Of a DNA stretch of 63,979 bases, positions 51,216 to 61,251 are shown piece after piece. Numbering within the stretch: position 1 is the first letter of the stretch; every line of letters begins with the position of its first letter. A model generated the notes under the pieces. The model searched no databases. It had not been told where the DNA came from and worked only from the letters and a program-made list of their open reading frames with translations. Made by a program: the position numbers and the translations under genes. This DNA comes from Methanomicrobiales archaeon (GTDB lineage: Archaea > Halobacteriota > Methanomicrobia > Methanomicrobiales > Methanospirillaceae): the NCBI GenBank assembly GCA_013415565.1, contig JAAEET010000001.1, positions 1 to 63,979 on the forward strand. The letters run 5' to 3'.

Positions 51216-51824
51216 TCACCGCCTCGCATAGAGGATGCTCATGTAGTCGCTTTCTTCAGGGAGCTCCTGGTCCCGGTAAACCCGGGTATCTCCCATGTAC
51301 ATCCGTTCGACCAGGATAAACGAACGGTATCCCCTCTCCCGGAGGCGTGCCGCTGTTTCCCGGGGCCGTTTCACCTTGAGCTGGATTCTGCAGGGAACCT
51401 CGTCCGGCCCGTCCGTGACCAGGAATCCTTCGGAGAGCGAGACCCCGGCAACCGATGCGAATGCGGTGATGGAGCTGATGGCGGGTTCGGTCCGGCAGAC
51501 GATGGCGGGATGCCGCACCCGGATCGCATCGCAGAGGCGCGAGTAGGTCGAGAAGAAGTTCGGATCGCCGATGAGCCCGAGCACTGCCGTGCCGTCGGCG
51601 GCCACCGGGGCGATACGGTCTGCGTTCCGGTCCATGCAGGCCGCGATCACGTCCTCGTCACCCGTCATGGGGAACTCGAGGATCTCCGCCTCACGGTACG
51701 GCGCCACCAGGTCGAAGGCGATCCGGCCCGGTACAAAGACCGAATCGGCCTCCTCCAGGAGCCGGACGGCCCGAAGGGTGAGGTACTCGGGCTCCCCCGG
51801 CCCGAGACCAAGGCCGATCAGCAC
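51216..51824 (-). CDS. cbiL: Cobalt-factor II C20-methyltransferase
   Basis: GLGPGEPEYLTLRA, FPMT, GDPNFFSTY. Confidence 0.9.
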   Translation of the reverse strand: MLIGLGLGPGEPEYLTLRAVRLLEEADSVFVPGRIAFDLVAPYREAEILEFPMTGDEDVIAACMDRNADRIAPVAADGTAVLGLIGDPNFFSTYSRLCDAIRVRHPAIVCRTEPAISSITAFASVAGVSLSEGFLVTDGPDEVPCRIQLKVKRPRETAARLRERGYRSFILVERMYMGDTRVYRDQELPEESDYMSILYARR

Positions 51825-52345
51825 GGGGCTCCCCCCGCGATAATGAACACCGGATCGAGCGGCCGGAACATCAGTCCCGATCCAAGCGGGCTCGAACGGG
51901 AGACCATCACGTGGACCGCCTCCCTGAAGATCCCGAGTTCTTCCATGGCAGAGACGGCTTCGTGGAGGGTTGAGATCAATACGGCGTTCACCACGACGGA
52001 CCGGACTTTTTTCCCGGCAAGCAGGGTGAGCATGCGGGAGAGATCCCGCGATCCCCCGACAAACGCACAGTCGATATGCGGCAGGCGCATGATGAGGTCC
52101 GCACCATGCTCACGGGAGACCTCGATATTGGTAATCCCGCAGCGGGCCGCCTCTTCGCGGGTGCACCTGACCGCCTCGTCACGGATATCCGCCGCATAGA
52201 CCTGCTGCACGAACGGTGCCGCATGCACCGCAACCTTCCCCGTGCCGCACCCTATATCCACGAGGACGTCTCCACGCCGCAGGCCGAGTTTCTGGAGCGA
52301 GATGGCCATGATCTCGTCCTTGGTGGGTCCGCCCGGAAGGGTCAT
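51818..52345 (-). CDS. cbiT: Cobalt-precorrin-6B C15-methyltransferase
   Basis: GPTKDEI, DIGCGTG, FVGGS, VVNAV. Confidence 0.9.
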   Translation of the reverse strand: MTLPGGPTKDEIMAISLQKLGLRRGDVLVDIGCGTGKVAVHAAPFVQQVYAADIRDEAVRCTREEAARCGITNIEVSREHGADLIMRLPHIDCAFVGGSRDLSRMLTLLAGKKVRSVVVNAVLISTLHEAVSAMEELGIFREAVHVMVSRSSPLGSGLMFRPLDPVFIIAGGAPC

Positions 52346-52405
52346 CTCTCCTACAGCTGGGTTGTGGTAGAACATTAAAACTTGTTCTGTACCGGCGATC
52401 CGGGA

Positions 52406-53155
52406 TCAGACAGGGATGAGGCGATCCCCTTCCCGGTAGAGAGAGACCACCCCGCCGATGACGATGACCGCAGGGGGCTTCACCCCCCGTTCAGCGGCAA
52501 TCCTCCCGATATCGTCAAGGGTCCCGGTGGTTACCCGCTGGTTCTCCCGAAGCCCGTTCTCGATGACCGCCACCGGCGTGCAGGGATCCTTTCCGTTCCC
52601 GATCAGGGAGCGGGCGATCTGCGGGAGGTTTTTTACCCCCATCAGGATGACGATCGTTCCCCGCTGGCGGGCCAGGAGTTCCCAGTCCAGGGCCGGTTCG
52701 GGCTTGGTAGGATCCTCGTGACCGGTGATCACGGTGACCTGCGAGGCATACTTCCGGTGTGTCAGCGGTATTCCGACGGCGCCCGGAACGGCAAGCGCAC
52801 TTGTTATCCCCGGGACGAGCTCGACCGTGATCCCGTGGCCGCGGAGGACCTCGAGCTCTTCGCCACCCCTTCCGAACATGAACGGATCGCCCCCTTTCAG
52901 CCGGACCACCTGTTTTCCCTCCTGTGCTTTCGCAACCATCAGGGCCTCGATCTCCTCCTGCTCGAGCGTATGCTGCGACCCGTACTTCCCGCAGTCGATC
53001 TTCTCCGCCCGTTCCGGGAGCCCGGCGAGGATCTCTTCGCCGGGCAGCTGGTCGTAGAGGATCACGTCCGCCATATCGATCACTTCACGGGCCCGGAGGG
53101 TGAGGAAGCCCTCCCCGCCCGGCCCGGATCCTACCAGATACACCTTACCGTTCAT
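52406..53155 (-). CDS. cobA: Uroporphyrinogen-III C-methyltransferase
   Basis: VGSGPG, RLKGGDPFMFGRGGEE, PGITSA, IPLTHR, TGHE. Confidence 0.95.
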   Translation of the reverse strand: MNGKVYLVGSGPGGEGFLTLRAREVIDMADVILYDQLPGEEILAGLPERAEKIDCGKYGSQHTLEQEEIEALMVAKAQEGKQVVRLKGGDPFMFGRGGEELEVLRGHGITVELVPGITSALAVPGAVGIPLTHRKYASQVTVITGHEDPTKPEPALDWELLARQRGTIVILMGVKNLPQIARSLIGNGKDPCTPVAVIENGLRENQRVTTGTLDDIGRIAAERGVKPPAVIVIGGVVSLYREGDRLIPV

Positions 53156-54035
53156 ACCCGATCCCCAGTCTCTCATGCGCTTCCCTGATCAGCGCTCTTC
53201 CCTCGTTCCGGAGTCTCCTCCCGACGAGACGCGCCTCATTTAGTGATTCGACATCCTCTTCGATCCGGACCTGCCGGTCGCCGTCAAGGGAGAGGATCTC
53301 CCCGATAAGGTGGCCGTTTTGGCAGGCGATCCCCTGGGGGGTGAAACACCCGCCGCCCACCTCTTCCATCACCGCCCGTTCAACCCCGGTATCGAAGCGG
53401 GTCTCCGGGTGATCGATCTCTGCGAGGATCGTCGTCAGGTCCGGGTCATCACGGCATACCACGGCAATGGTCCCCTGGTTCGGCGACGGGACGAACTGTT
53501 CCGGGGAAAGACGGGTCCCCGGAACCGAGATGGACATCCGTTCGATACCAGCCTCGGCAAGTACGATCGCATCGTACCGACCGTCGGCGAGTTTCCGGAG
53601 CCGCGTATCCACGTTCCCCCGCAGCTGCTCCACGAACTTACCCGGCAGGTTGCGGAGGATCTGGGCCCGCCTCCTGGTACTCGATGTCCCGATGATCCGC
53701 ACGGTATCGAGCGGGAGCGTGTGGGCCAGGAAGTCCGCCGGGGAATCGCGTTTGAGAATGGCGGCCGTGGTGACTCCCTCCGGCCGGAGCGCCGGGATAT
53801 CCTTCATGCTGTGGACGGCGCAGTCGATTTCCCCGGCGAGAATGGCGTCGTCGAGCGCACGGACAAACACTCCCTGCCCCCCGATCTCGTGGAGCGGCAC
53901 CCCGTCGATCGTATCCCCCCTGGTGGTGATGATGGAGAGGTCGGCCTGGCATCCCCGTTCAGCGAGCAGCCTTGCGACCCGCTCGGCCTGCACCCGGGCA
54001 AGCCGGCTTCCCCGTGTCCCGATCCTCAGATGCAT
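53145..54035 (-). CDS. hemC: Hydroxymethylbilane synthase
   Basis: [40 protein letters not shown]. Confidence 0.95.
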   Translation of the reverse strand: MHLRIGTRGSRLARVQAERVARLLAERGCQADLSIITTRGDTIDGVPLHEIGGQGVFVRALDDAILAGEIDCAVHSMKDIPALRPEGVTTAAILKRDSPADFLAHTLPLDTVRIIGTSSTRRRAQILRNLPGKFVEQLRGNVDTRLRKLADGRYDAIVLAEAGIERMSISVPGTRLSPEQFVPSPNQGTIAVVCRDDPDLTTILAEIDHPETRFDTGVERAVMEEVGGGCFTPQGIACQNGHLIGEILSLDGDRQVRIEEDVESLNEARLVGRRLRNEGRALIREAHERLGIGYER

Positions 54036-55267
54036 GCCTGGTATGCCGCCGCAATCTGCCCGATATCCCCGTCTTCATGGACAGCAGAGAGGAAGTTGGT
54101 CTCGAACTGGGACGGGGGAAGGAAGATGCCCTTCTTTCGCATCGCGGTCCAGAATTCGCCGAATTTCCCGGTGTCGCATTCTTTTGCCTCGAGGTAGGTA
54201 CGGGGTGCCCTGTTCCTGAAGAAATACTTGAACATCGACCCGAGCCGGACGAATGATCCCTCGGTCTTCCCGGCCACGGCTTCTCCGATCTCCGCTCCCC
54301 AGGCCTCCATCACCCGGTAGATGCCCCGGTGGGCATGGAGCCACCTGACGGTGGCCATACCTGCGGAGAGGGAGAGGGGGTTCCCGGAGAAGGTTCCTGC
54401 CTGGTACACCGGCCCGGCAGGTGAGATGAGCTCCATGATCTCCTTCCTTCCCCCGAACGCCCCGATGGGAAGGCCGCCGCCGATAATCTTTCCGAGCGTG
54501 GTGATATCAGGCCGCACCCCGAACATCACCTGGGCGCCGCCGATTCCCAGCCGGTACCCGGTGATGACTTCGTCAAAGATGAGGAGAACGTCGTGGGCCC
54601 GGGTGATCTCCCGCACATCCCTGAGGTAGGAGTCATCCGGGAGAATCGGCCCGATATTGCCCATCACCGGCTCGATGATGAATGCGGCGATGTCGTCTTC
54701 CCGGGAAAGCAGGCTCTCCAGGGCTTCCGGGTCATTGTAGGGGACCTGCCGGGTATGGGAGACCACGTCGGGGAGGACGCCGGCGGAATCGGGTACGCCA
54801 TGGGTGGTTGCTCCCGAACCCGCCTTGACCAGCACCCCGTCGTGGGCGCCATGGAAGCCACCCTCGACTTTCACGATATCCTGCTTCCCGGAAAATCCCC
54901 GTGCCAGGCGGATGGCGGCCATGGTTGCCTCCGAGCCGCTCGAGACGAACCGGATCATGTCCATCCCCGGGTGATCGCGGATGATCAGCTCCGCAAACTC
55001 CGGTTCGACCGGCGCCGGAGTGCCGTAGAGCCAGCCTTTCGAGAGCTGCCAGGTGATGGCCTGGTGGATGAGAGGATGGGCATGGCCGAGGATCAGCGGG
55101 CCGTACGCCATGCAGCAGTCGATCAGGACCTCACCATCGACCGTGGTGATCCGGGAGCCGTCGCCGGCCCTGGTATAGAACGGGTAGGGCCGGATCGCCC
55201 GTACCGGGCTGCTCACGCCACCGGGCATCAGCCCGAGGGCCTTCTGGTAGAGATCACTGCTCTTCAT
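54026..55267 (-). CDS. hemL: Glutamate-1-semialdehyde 2,1-aminomutase
   Basis: [46 protein letters not shown]. Confidence 0.96.
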   Translation of the reverse strand: MKSSDLYQKALGLMPGGVSSPVRAIRPYPFYTRAGDGSRITTVDGEVLIDCCMAYGPLILGHAHPLIHQAITWQLSKGWLYGTPAPVEPEFAELIIRDHPGMDMIRFVSSGSEATMAAIRLARGFSGKQDIVKVEGGFHGAHDGVLVKAGSGATTHGVPDSAGVLPDVVSHTRQVPYNDPEALESLLSREDDIAAFIIEPVMGNIGPILPDDSYLRDVREITRAHDVLLIFDEVITGYRLGIGGAQVMFGVRPDITTLGKIIGGGLPIGAFGGRKEIMELISPAGPVYQAGTFSGNPLSLSAGMATVRWLHAHRGIYRVMEAWGAEIGEAVAGKTEGSFVRLGSMFKYFFRNRAPRTYLEAKECDTGKFGEFWTAMRKKGIFLPPSQFETNFLSAVHEDGDIGQIAAAYQACI

Positions 55268-56237
55268 CCAGCCACCCCGCCGCATCTCCGGCAAAATAGG
55301 TGATGATCAGGTCGGCTCCCGCCCGCTTGATGCAGAGGAGGCTCTCCATGACCACGTTCCTTTCATCGATCCAACCCCGTGCCGCCGCCGCCTTGATCAT
55401 GGCATACTCGCCGCTCACCTGGTAGGCCGCCACGGGCAGGCCGATGGTCCGTATCGCGGCCACGAGGTCGAGGTAGAACCCGGCGGGCTTCACCATCAGG
55501 ATATCGGCCCCTTCACCGGCATCGAGCTCGGACTCCCTGACCGCCTCCCTCCGGTTCGCCGGGTTGATCTGGTAGGTGCTCCGATCCCCACAGGTGTACC
55601 CGGAATCCGCCGCTTCCCGGAACGGACCGTACAGGGCACTGGCAAACTTGGTGGAGTAGGACATGATCGCCGTATCCGTGAACCCTTCGTGATCCAGCGC
55701 TCCCCGGATGGCGGCGACCATGCCGTCAAGCATGCAGGATGGGGCAACGATATCCGCACCGGCCCGGGCATGGCTGACCGCGATTCTTGCCATGAGGTCC
55801 AGGGACCGGTCGTTATCGAGGTCGGGACCACCGGGACCGTCCGTGAGGATCCCGCAGTGGCCATGATCGGTATATTCGCAGGCACAGACATCGGTGATGA
55901 CCACCATGTCCGGGAGGGCTTCCTTGATCGACCGGACGGCCTGCTGGACGATCCCATCCGGGTTGAACGCTTCCGATGCTCCGGGATCCTTCGCGGCGGG
56001 GATGCCGAAGAGGAGAACGGCGTAAATGCCTTTCGCCCGGAGATCCTGCACGGCCCGGGCGATCCCGCCGGCAGGGTAGCGGAACTGTCCCGGTAGGGAG
56101 GCAATGGGGACCGGGGCAGCGGCAGTCTCATCCACGAACAGCGGGGCCACGAGATCGGCCTTCGAGACCACGTGCTCCCGTACCAGGGGCTGGATCAGCC
56201 TGCCCCGGAGCCTCCTCATTCTTCGTTGCGGAAACAT
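55254..56237 (-). CDS. hemB: Porphobilinogen synthase (Zn-type)
   Basis: [35 protein letters not shown]. Confidence 0.96.
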   Translation of the reverse strand: MFPQRRMRRLRGRLIQPLVREHVVSKADLVAPLFVDETAAAPVPIASLPGQFRYPAGGIARAVQDLRAKGIYAVLLFGIPAAKDPGASEAFNPDGIVQQAVRSIKEALPDMVVITDVCACEYTDHGHCGILTDGPGGPDLDNDRSLDLMARIAVSHARAGADIVAPSCMLDGMVAAIRGALDHEGFTDTAIMSYSTKFASALYGPFREAADSGYTCGDRSTYQINPANRREAVRESELDAGEGADILMVKPAGFYLDLVAAIRTIGLPVAAYQVSGEYAMIKAAAARGWIDERNVVMESLLCIKRAGADLIITYFAGDAAGWLDEEQ

Positions 56238-57490
56238 ATCTTCTCACCTCGGGTTATTGCGGCGACCAGCGATCGTGCGTAATCGAGGTCCCCGTCTTCT
56301 GCGCAGAGCCTGATGGAAACGGTCACATCGGAGAGGATCTTGCTCACCAGGGCCCGGGAGAGATCGTCGACGATCTCTCCGGCACGTGGATCTCCGGGTC
56401 CGAGCCGGGAGAGTGCACGGTCCCGCTCCCGCATCCGGATCGATTCCGCCCAGGTATGGAGGAGTGAGAGGGTTTCGTCGGCGACTTTCCCGTTGAGCAA
56501 CCGGACGAACTGGTGCAGTTCCGTGCCGATAAACGAGGCAGCCTGGTCTGCCGCCTCCCGCCGGGAGCTCATGGTCAGTTCGTTGATCCGCCGGAGGCTG
56601 TCGATGGTGAAGAGGTGGATGCCGTCGATCTCCTCGGCACCTTCCTCGACATCCCGCGGCTGGGCGATGTCGATAAGGACCAGGGGCCGCGGGTGGCCGT
56701 CCAGCGGCCAGCACCGGCTCAGCATGATCTCCCGCAGGTGCTCCCGGTAGATGACCGGGTGGGGGGCGGAGGTGCAGGAGATGACCACATCGGAGAGGAT
56801 CATGTAGCGGGGGAGCTCCGCCATCTTCACCGCCTTGCCCCCGATCTTCTTTGCCAGGACCTCGGCCCGCTGGTAGGTCCGGTTGGCCACGTACATCGCC
56901 GTCAGCTTCTTGGCCGCCAGTGCCTGGGCGACGAGCATCCCCATCTCCCCGGAGCCGACCACGAGGATGTGTTTTCCCTCGAGGCTGCCGAGCTGCTCTT
57001 CGGCGAGCAGGACCGCTGCGGAACCGATGGAGACCGCACCCCGGTTGATCTGGGTCTGCCGGCGGACCTCGACCCCGACATGCACCGCCTTGTTGACGCA
57101 GAGCTCGAGGACCGGGCTTGCCGTCCCCGCCTCCTTTGCCAGGGCAAGGGCATCCTTGAGCTGCCCGATGATCTGGTCTTCTCCGACGATCATCGAGTCC
57201 ATGCCTGCGGCCAGCATGAGGAGGTGGCGGAGCGCCCCGGTCCCGGTCAGCAGCGAGAAGTCTGTTCTTCCCTCCCCCTCGAGCAGGGACCGGAGGGCTG
57301 ACGCCTCGCCATGCACCAGGATCTCGATCCGGTTACAGGTCTGGAGGATCAGGACTCCCCGGAACCGGTCCCTGGCCATGGCAAGAAAGGCCTTCTCATC
57401 CGGAAACCGGAACTGCTCAAGTTTGTCGACCGTTGCCAGGTGGTGGCTGATCCCGGCGATCGCGATCGGGACATGGAGCTGCTCGTCCAT
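56216..57490 (-). CDS. hemA: Glutamyl-tRNA reductase
   Basis: QTCNRIE, SMIVGEDQI, GSGEMG, ANRT, DIAQPRDV. Confidence 0.95.
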   Translation of the reverse strand: MDEQLHVPIAIAGISHHLATVDKLEQFRFPDEKAFLAMARDRFRGVLILQTCNRIEILVHGEASALRSLLEGEGRTDFSLLTGTGALRHLLMLAAGMDSMIVGEDQIIGQLKDALALAKEAGTASPVLELCVNKAVHVGVEVRRQTQINRGAVSIGSAAVLLAEEQLGSLEGKHILVVGSGEMGMLVAQALAAKKLTAMYVANRTYQRAEVLAKKIGGKAVKMAELPRYMILSDVVISCTSAPHPVIYREHLREIMLSRCWPLDGHPRPLVLIDIAQPRDVEEGAEEIDGIHLFTIDSLRRINELTMSSRREAADQAASFIGTELHQFVRLLNGKVADETLSLLHTWAESIRMRERDRALSRLGPGDPRAGEIVDDLSRALVSKILSDVTVSIRLCAEDGDLDYARSLVAAITRGEKICFRNEE

Positions 57491-58110
57491 TACAGGTACC
57501 TCCTCTCGATCAGGCTCCACGCTTTATCCTCGCCCTCTTCCAGCGCCTCCCAGACCTCCCGGTCATGGAGGACGCCGGAGAGGATTGCTTTCCGTCTCCC
57601 GATCCCGGGCTCGGTCTCACGAAGGTAATGCCGGAGCCGTTCCTGGAGTTCGATCATCCGGTCAAGGCCGGGCAGGGATGACTGGAGGTATTCCCGGAGA
57701 TACCGGCTGACCGCAGGGCTCTTTCCCCCGGTGCTGATCGAGAGAATAAAATGGTCGCCCCGGATGACCGAGGGGATCAGGACATCCCCGCTCTCTCCCC
57801 GGGCATTATTGAAGAGGATCCCCTGCATCCGGCAGAGGGTACCGATCCGGTCGTTCAGGACAGCATCGGGAGTTGCAGCCACGGCAAGATATGACCCGCC
57901 CAGGAGCTGCAGGAGCGCCTCGTCGGATACCCCGGAGAGATCCTTTTCCACCAGTGATGCCCCCATGCCCGTGAAGCGGGGGGAGAACGAGCGTGAGTAT
58001 ACCGTAACCTCTGCCTCCGGACAGAAAAATCCGGCTTTCCGGGCGCCGACATCCCCCCCTCCGAAGATGACCACCTTCTTCCCGGAAAAGTTCAGCATGA
58101 GGGGGATCAT
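57490..58110 (-). CDS. sirC: Precorrin-2 dehydrogenase (SirC / CysG N-domain)
   Basis: GGGDVGARK, AAT, ISTGGKSPA. Confidence 0.88.
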   Translation of the reverse strand: MIPLMLNFSGKKVVIFGGGDVGARKAGFFCPEAEVTVYSRSFSPRFTGMGASLVEKDLSGVSDEALLQLLGGSYLAVAATPDAVLNDRIGTLCRMQGILFNNARGESGDVLIPSVIRGDHFILSISTGGKSPAVSRYLREYLQSSLPGLDRMIELQERLRHYLRETEPGIGRRKAILSGVLHDREVWEALEEGEDKAWSLIERRYL

Positions 58111-58283
58111 TGCTATAGATCTACCCTGTCTTTTTTAATTAAGATGTTGGAATCGAGTGGAAAATTGTACTGCGCGGCGATTCGCTGCAGGCAGGGATGG
58201 GATTCCTGATACGAAAAAGCCCTGGCGCTGTCAGGGGAGCAGGGACCGGGTACTATTTTTCCCTAGAGCGGGAAAATCCGGGT

Positions 58284-58775
58284 ATGGATCCTGCTGACCC
58301 CGAGCTCGTCGATGCGGCGAAGAACTGGCTCGCCATGGATGGCCTCTGGTTTCTCGCGGTTGAGGGGGCGTTCGGGCTGGAAAAAGCCATGGAACTGGAT
58401 CGGAAGATATGGACGGATTTCTCCCGGATCGAGGCGGAGCGGATCAAAAAACGGCTTTCATTGCCGGAACACGGCGGGCTTGACGCACTTGATTCCGCTC
58501 TCCGGCACCGGCTCCACTCCCTGCTCAACCCGTTCCGGATAGAACGGCCGTCCGGGGATACGCTCTGCTATTTCATGCTGACCTGCAGGACCCAGGACGC
58601 CCGGGAACGCAGGGGTCTCCCCCTCTTCCCCTGCCGCGAGGTCGGCCTGGTTGAGTATTCGGTCTTTGCCCGGACCATCGATCCCCGGTTCGAGACGGCA
58701 TGCATTGCCTGCCCCCCGGATGCCGGGGACCGGGAATTCTCCTGCGGCTGGAGGTTCACGCTGCCGCAGCGCTAA
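58284..58775 (+). CDS. DUF6125-like protein with Cys motifs
   Basis: AKNWLAMDGLWF, CRTQDARERRGL..FPC, CIACPPD, CGWRF. Confidence 0.75.
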   Translation: MDPADPELVDAAKNWLAMDGLWFLAVEGAFGLEKAMELDRKIWTDFSRIEAERIKKRLSLPEHGGLDALDSALRHRLHSLLNPFRIERPSGDTLCYFMLTCRTQDARERRGLPLFPCREVGLVEYSVFARTIDPRFETACIACPPDAGDREFSCGWRFTLPQR

Positions 58776-58834
58776 AATCTCCCGGGACACGAGGCTATTA
58801 ATATCCTCCCGGTGTAGAACTCACCAGGAGAGCG

Positions 58835-60274
58835 ATGTACGAACTCGTTTCCCCGGTGAACTTCAGGCTGGTGCTCCGGTACCTCGGTCTCCTGCTCGTC
58901 GGCATCGGTGCGGCAACCGTTATCCCGTTCACCATCGCCTTCTTTTTCGTCGAGCATGCTATCGCCCTGGTCTACGGGATCATCGGCAGTATCATCATCG
59001 GGACCGGCTATGCCCTGTACCGGTTTCTTCCCGACGACGAGATCCAGTGGAAGGAAGCGATGGTCATTTCAGCGCTCGTCTTTCCGGTGGCAGCCTTTAT
59101 CAGCTCCATCCCGTTCTCCCTGGCAACAAGGATGAGCTTCGTCGATGCCTACTTCGAGGCGGTGTCAGGGGTGACCACCACCGGCCTGTCGGTTGCCCCC
59201 GCGGGTGTGGGACCGGTCTTCCTGTTTGCACGCTCCTGGCTCCAGTGGATCGGGGGCATCGGCATCCTGATCATCGTCCTCTCCCTCCTGGCGCCGGCTG
59301 GGATCAGCGCCTCACGGCTGTTCGGGGCATCCGTCGGGGATCGGAAGATCAGGCCGACGGTTATCGCCACTTCGGCGATCCTTTTCGAGGTCTACCTGAT
59401 TATCACCATCATCGCTTTCGCCCTCCTGATGATCGGCGGGATGGGACCATTCGATGCCGTCTGCCACGCCTTTTCAGCCGTATCCACCGGGGGATTCTCC
59501 ACCAGGCCGGATTCGGTTGCCGCATTCCCGGGCTGGCTTGTTCCTGCGGCGATAACCATCGGCTGTGTCCTCGGGTCGGTGAATTTCGAGGTCTTCACCC
59601 GCATGGCCAAGAACCCGCTCCTCCTCTTCAGGAGCCTCCAGTTCCGGTGGTTCCTGGCAATAGCCCTGCTGGGATCTGGTGTTCTCGCCTTCACCCTCCT
59701 TGAGACCGGGAATTCACCGGGAGGCGTCATCGGGGAGGGGGTCTTCCAGGCGTTTTCTGCCCTGACCACGGCAGGATTCTCCACGGTGGATGTCGGTGCC
59801 TGGCCCGACAGTTCAAAGGCGGTGATGAGCGTACTGATGTGGATCGGGGGAAGCATGGGATCGACGGCAGGAGGGATCAAGATCCTCCGTGTCATCGCGC
59901 TCGTGTCCATCGTCCACCTTGTCTTCATCAGGTTCTTTCTGCCCCGGGAAACCGTTACCTCGCTCAAGATCGGTGAGACAACGGTCACCGAGAGCCAGGT
60001 CTTTGCCCTCGTGACGTTCCTCTTTCTCTACTTCATTATCCTCGTCGTATCTGCCATCTCTTTCATGCTGTACGGGTATTCCCTTGTCGACTCCCTCTTC
60101 GAGACCTCCAGTGCACTGGGCACGGTCGGACTCTCGGTCGGCATAACCGGGCAGTCGCTCGCCCTTCCCCTGAAGGTCGTCCTCATCCTGGACATGCTCC
60201 TCGGCAGGATCGAGATTATTCCGATTGCCCTGCTCCTGTTTCCCCGGACCTGGGTAAAACGGACGAAGAGCTGA
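58835..60274 (+). CDS. trkH: Trk potassium uptake membrane protein
   Basis: Four pore loops: TTTGLS, STGGFS, TTAGFS, GTVGLS; GSTAGGIK. Confidence 0.93.
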   Translation: MYELVSPVNFRLVLRYLGLLLVGIGAATVIPFTIAFFFVEHAIALVYGIIGSIIIGTGYALYRFLPDDEIQWKEAMVISALVFPVAAFISSIPFSLATRMSFVDAYFEAVSGVTTTGLSVAPAGVGPVFLFARSWLQWIGGIGILIIVLSLLAPAGISASRLFGASVGDRKIRPTVIATSAILFEVYLIITIIAFALLMIGGMGPFDAVCHAFSAVSTGGFSTRPDSVAAFPGWLVPAAITIGCVLGSVNFEVFTRMAKNPLLLFRSLQFRWFLAIALLGSGVLAFTLLETGNSPGGVIGEGVFQAFSALTTAGFSTVDVGAWPDSSKAVMSVLMWIGGSMGSTAGGIKILRVIALVSIVHLVFIRFFLPRETVTSLKIGETTVTESQVFALVTFLFLYFIILVVSAISFMLYGYSLVDSLFETSSALGTVGLSVGITGQSLALPLKVVLILDMLLGRIEIIPIALLLFPRTWVKRTKS

Positions 60275-60367
60275 AGATTGTAATCCCTGACAGAGGAATC
60301 CTTAATCAGTCTTCCTCCCGTATCCGTTCATGGGACAGAACGGTCTGTCGGGAAGGATGAACGGATC

Positions 60368-61036
60368 ATGCGAATCATCATTGTGGGCGGGGGGCCGCTC
60401 GGGGTAAGCCTGGCCCACATCCTCGTGCGGGACCATCACGAAATCATCATCATCGAGAAGGATACGAACAAAGCCCGGGAGATTGCAGAAACGCTGGACT
60501 GCACGGTGATCCAGGCCGAGGGGACGAGGCCCGACATCCTGGAAAAGGCGGAGATCGGCAAGGCCGATGCGGTGGTGGCGGTCACCACCCATGACCAGGA
60601 CAACATCATCATCGGGCTCATTGCACGGACGTTCTCGGTCCGCGAGATCATCATCCGCACTGATGATGCCCGTTTCCTGACCGTGGCCAAGCAGCTGGGT
60701 TTCCGCCATATCGTCAACCCGCCCCAGACCACCTCGGTGATCATTTCCGATGCTCTGCGGGGGGTCGACACGATCGAGCTCTCCACCCTGGTCAGGGGGG
60801 ACGTCCGGTTCATGACCGCCATTGTGGGCGGGAAGCAGGAGGGAAAACGGCTGACGGCACTTGAGCCTCCCGGAAAGACCGAATACATCGGGCTCTACCG
60901 GGGAGAAACGTTCCATTTCCGCGGGGAGAACCCGGTCCTCAAAGCCGGGGACGAGATCCTGGTGATCACCACGGAAGAGAAGGGGGAACAGATCGCACGC
61001 CTCTTCCGGGGAGAGGAGTCATCCCTGCCAGTCTGA
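60368..61036 (+). CDS. trkA: Trk regulatory subunit (RCK domains)
   Basis: IIVGGGPLG Rossmann motif, ADAVVAVT; C-terminal TrkA-C. Confidence 0.9.
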   Translation: MRIIIVGGGPLGVSLAHILVRDHHEIIIIEKDTNKAREIAETLDCTVIQAEGTRPDILEKAEIGKADAVVAVTTHDQDNIIIGLIARTFSVREIIIRTDDARFLTVAKQLGFRHIVNPPQTTSVIISDALRGVDTIELSTLVRGDVRFMTAIVGGKQEGKRLTALEPPGKTEYIGLYRGETFHFRGENPVLKAGDEILVITTEEKGEQIARLFRGEESSLPV

Positions 61037-61086
61037 CGGAGATTCGATATCCTTAATACCCTTTACCGCGTAGTGTAGAGAGCACT

Positions 61087-61158
61087 GCGCCGATAGTGTA
61101 GTGGTTATCACTAGGCGTTGCCAACGCCTAAACCCGGGTTCGAGTCCCGGTCGGCGCA
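61087..61158 (+). tRNA. tRNA-Gly(GCC)
   Basis: Acceptor GCGCCGA/TCGGCGC, anticodon arm AGGCG-TTGCCAA-CGCCT, T-arm CCGGG-TTCGAGT-CCCGG; no intron, CCA not encoded. Confidence 0.97.
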
Positions 61159-61251
61159 TCGTTTCTTTTCTCAGGTTACCCGGAAAAAAATACATTTTTA
61201 TCCTCCCATGGCGTGGGTTCATGTACGAATAGTCTGTCGGGGAAACGGGTC

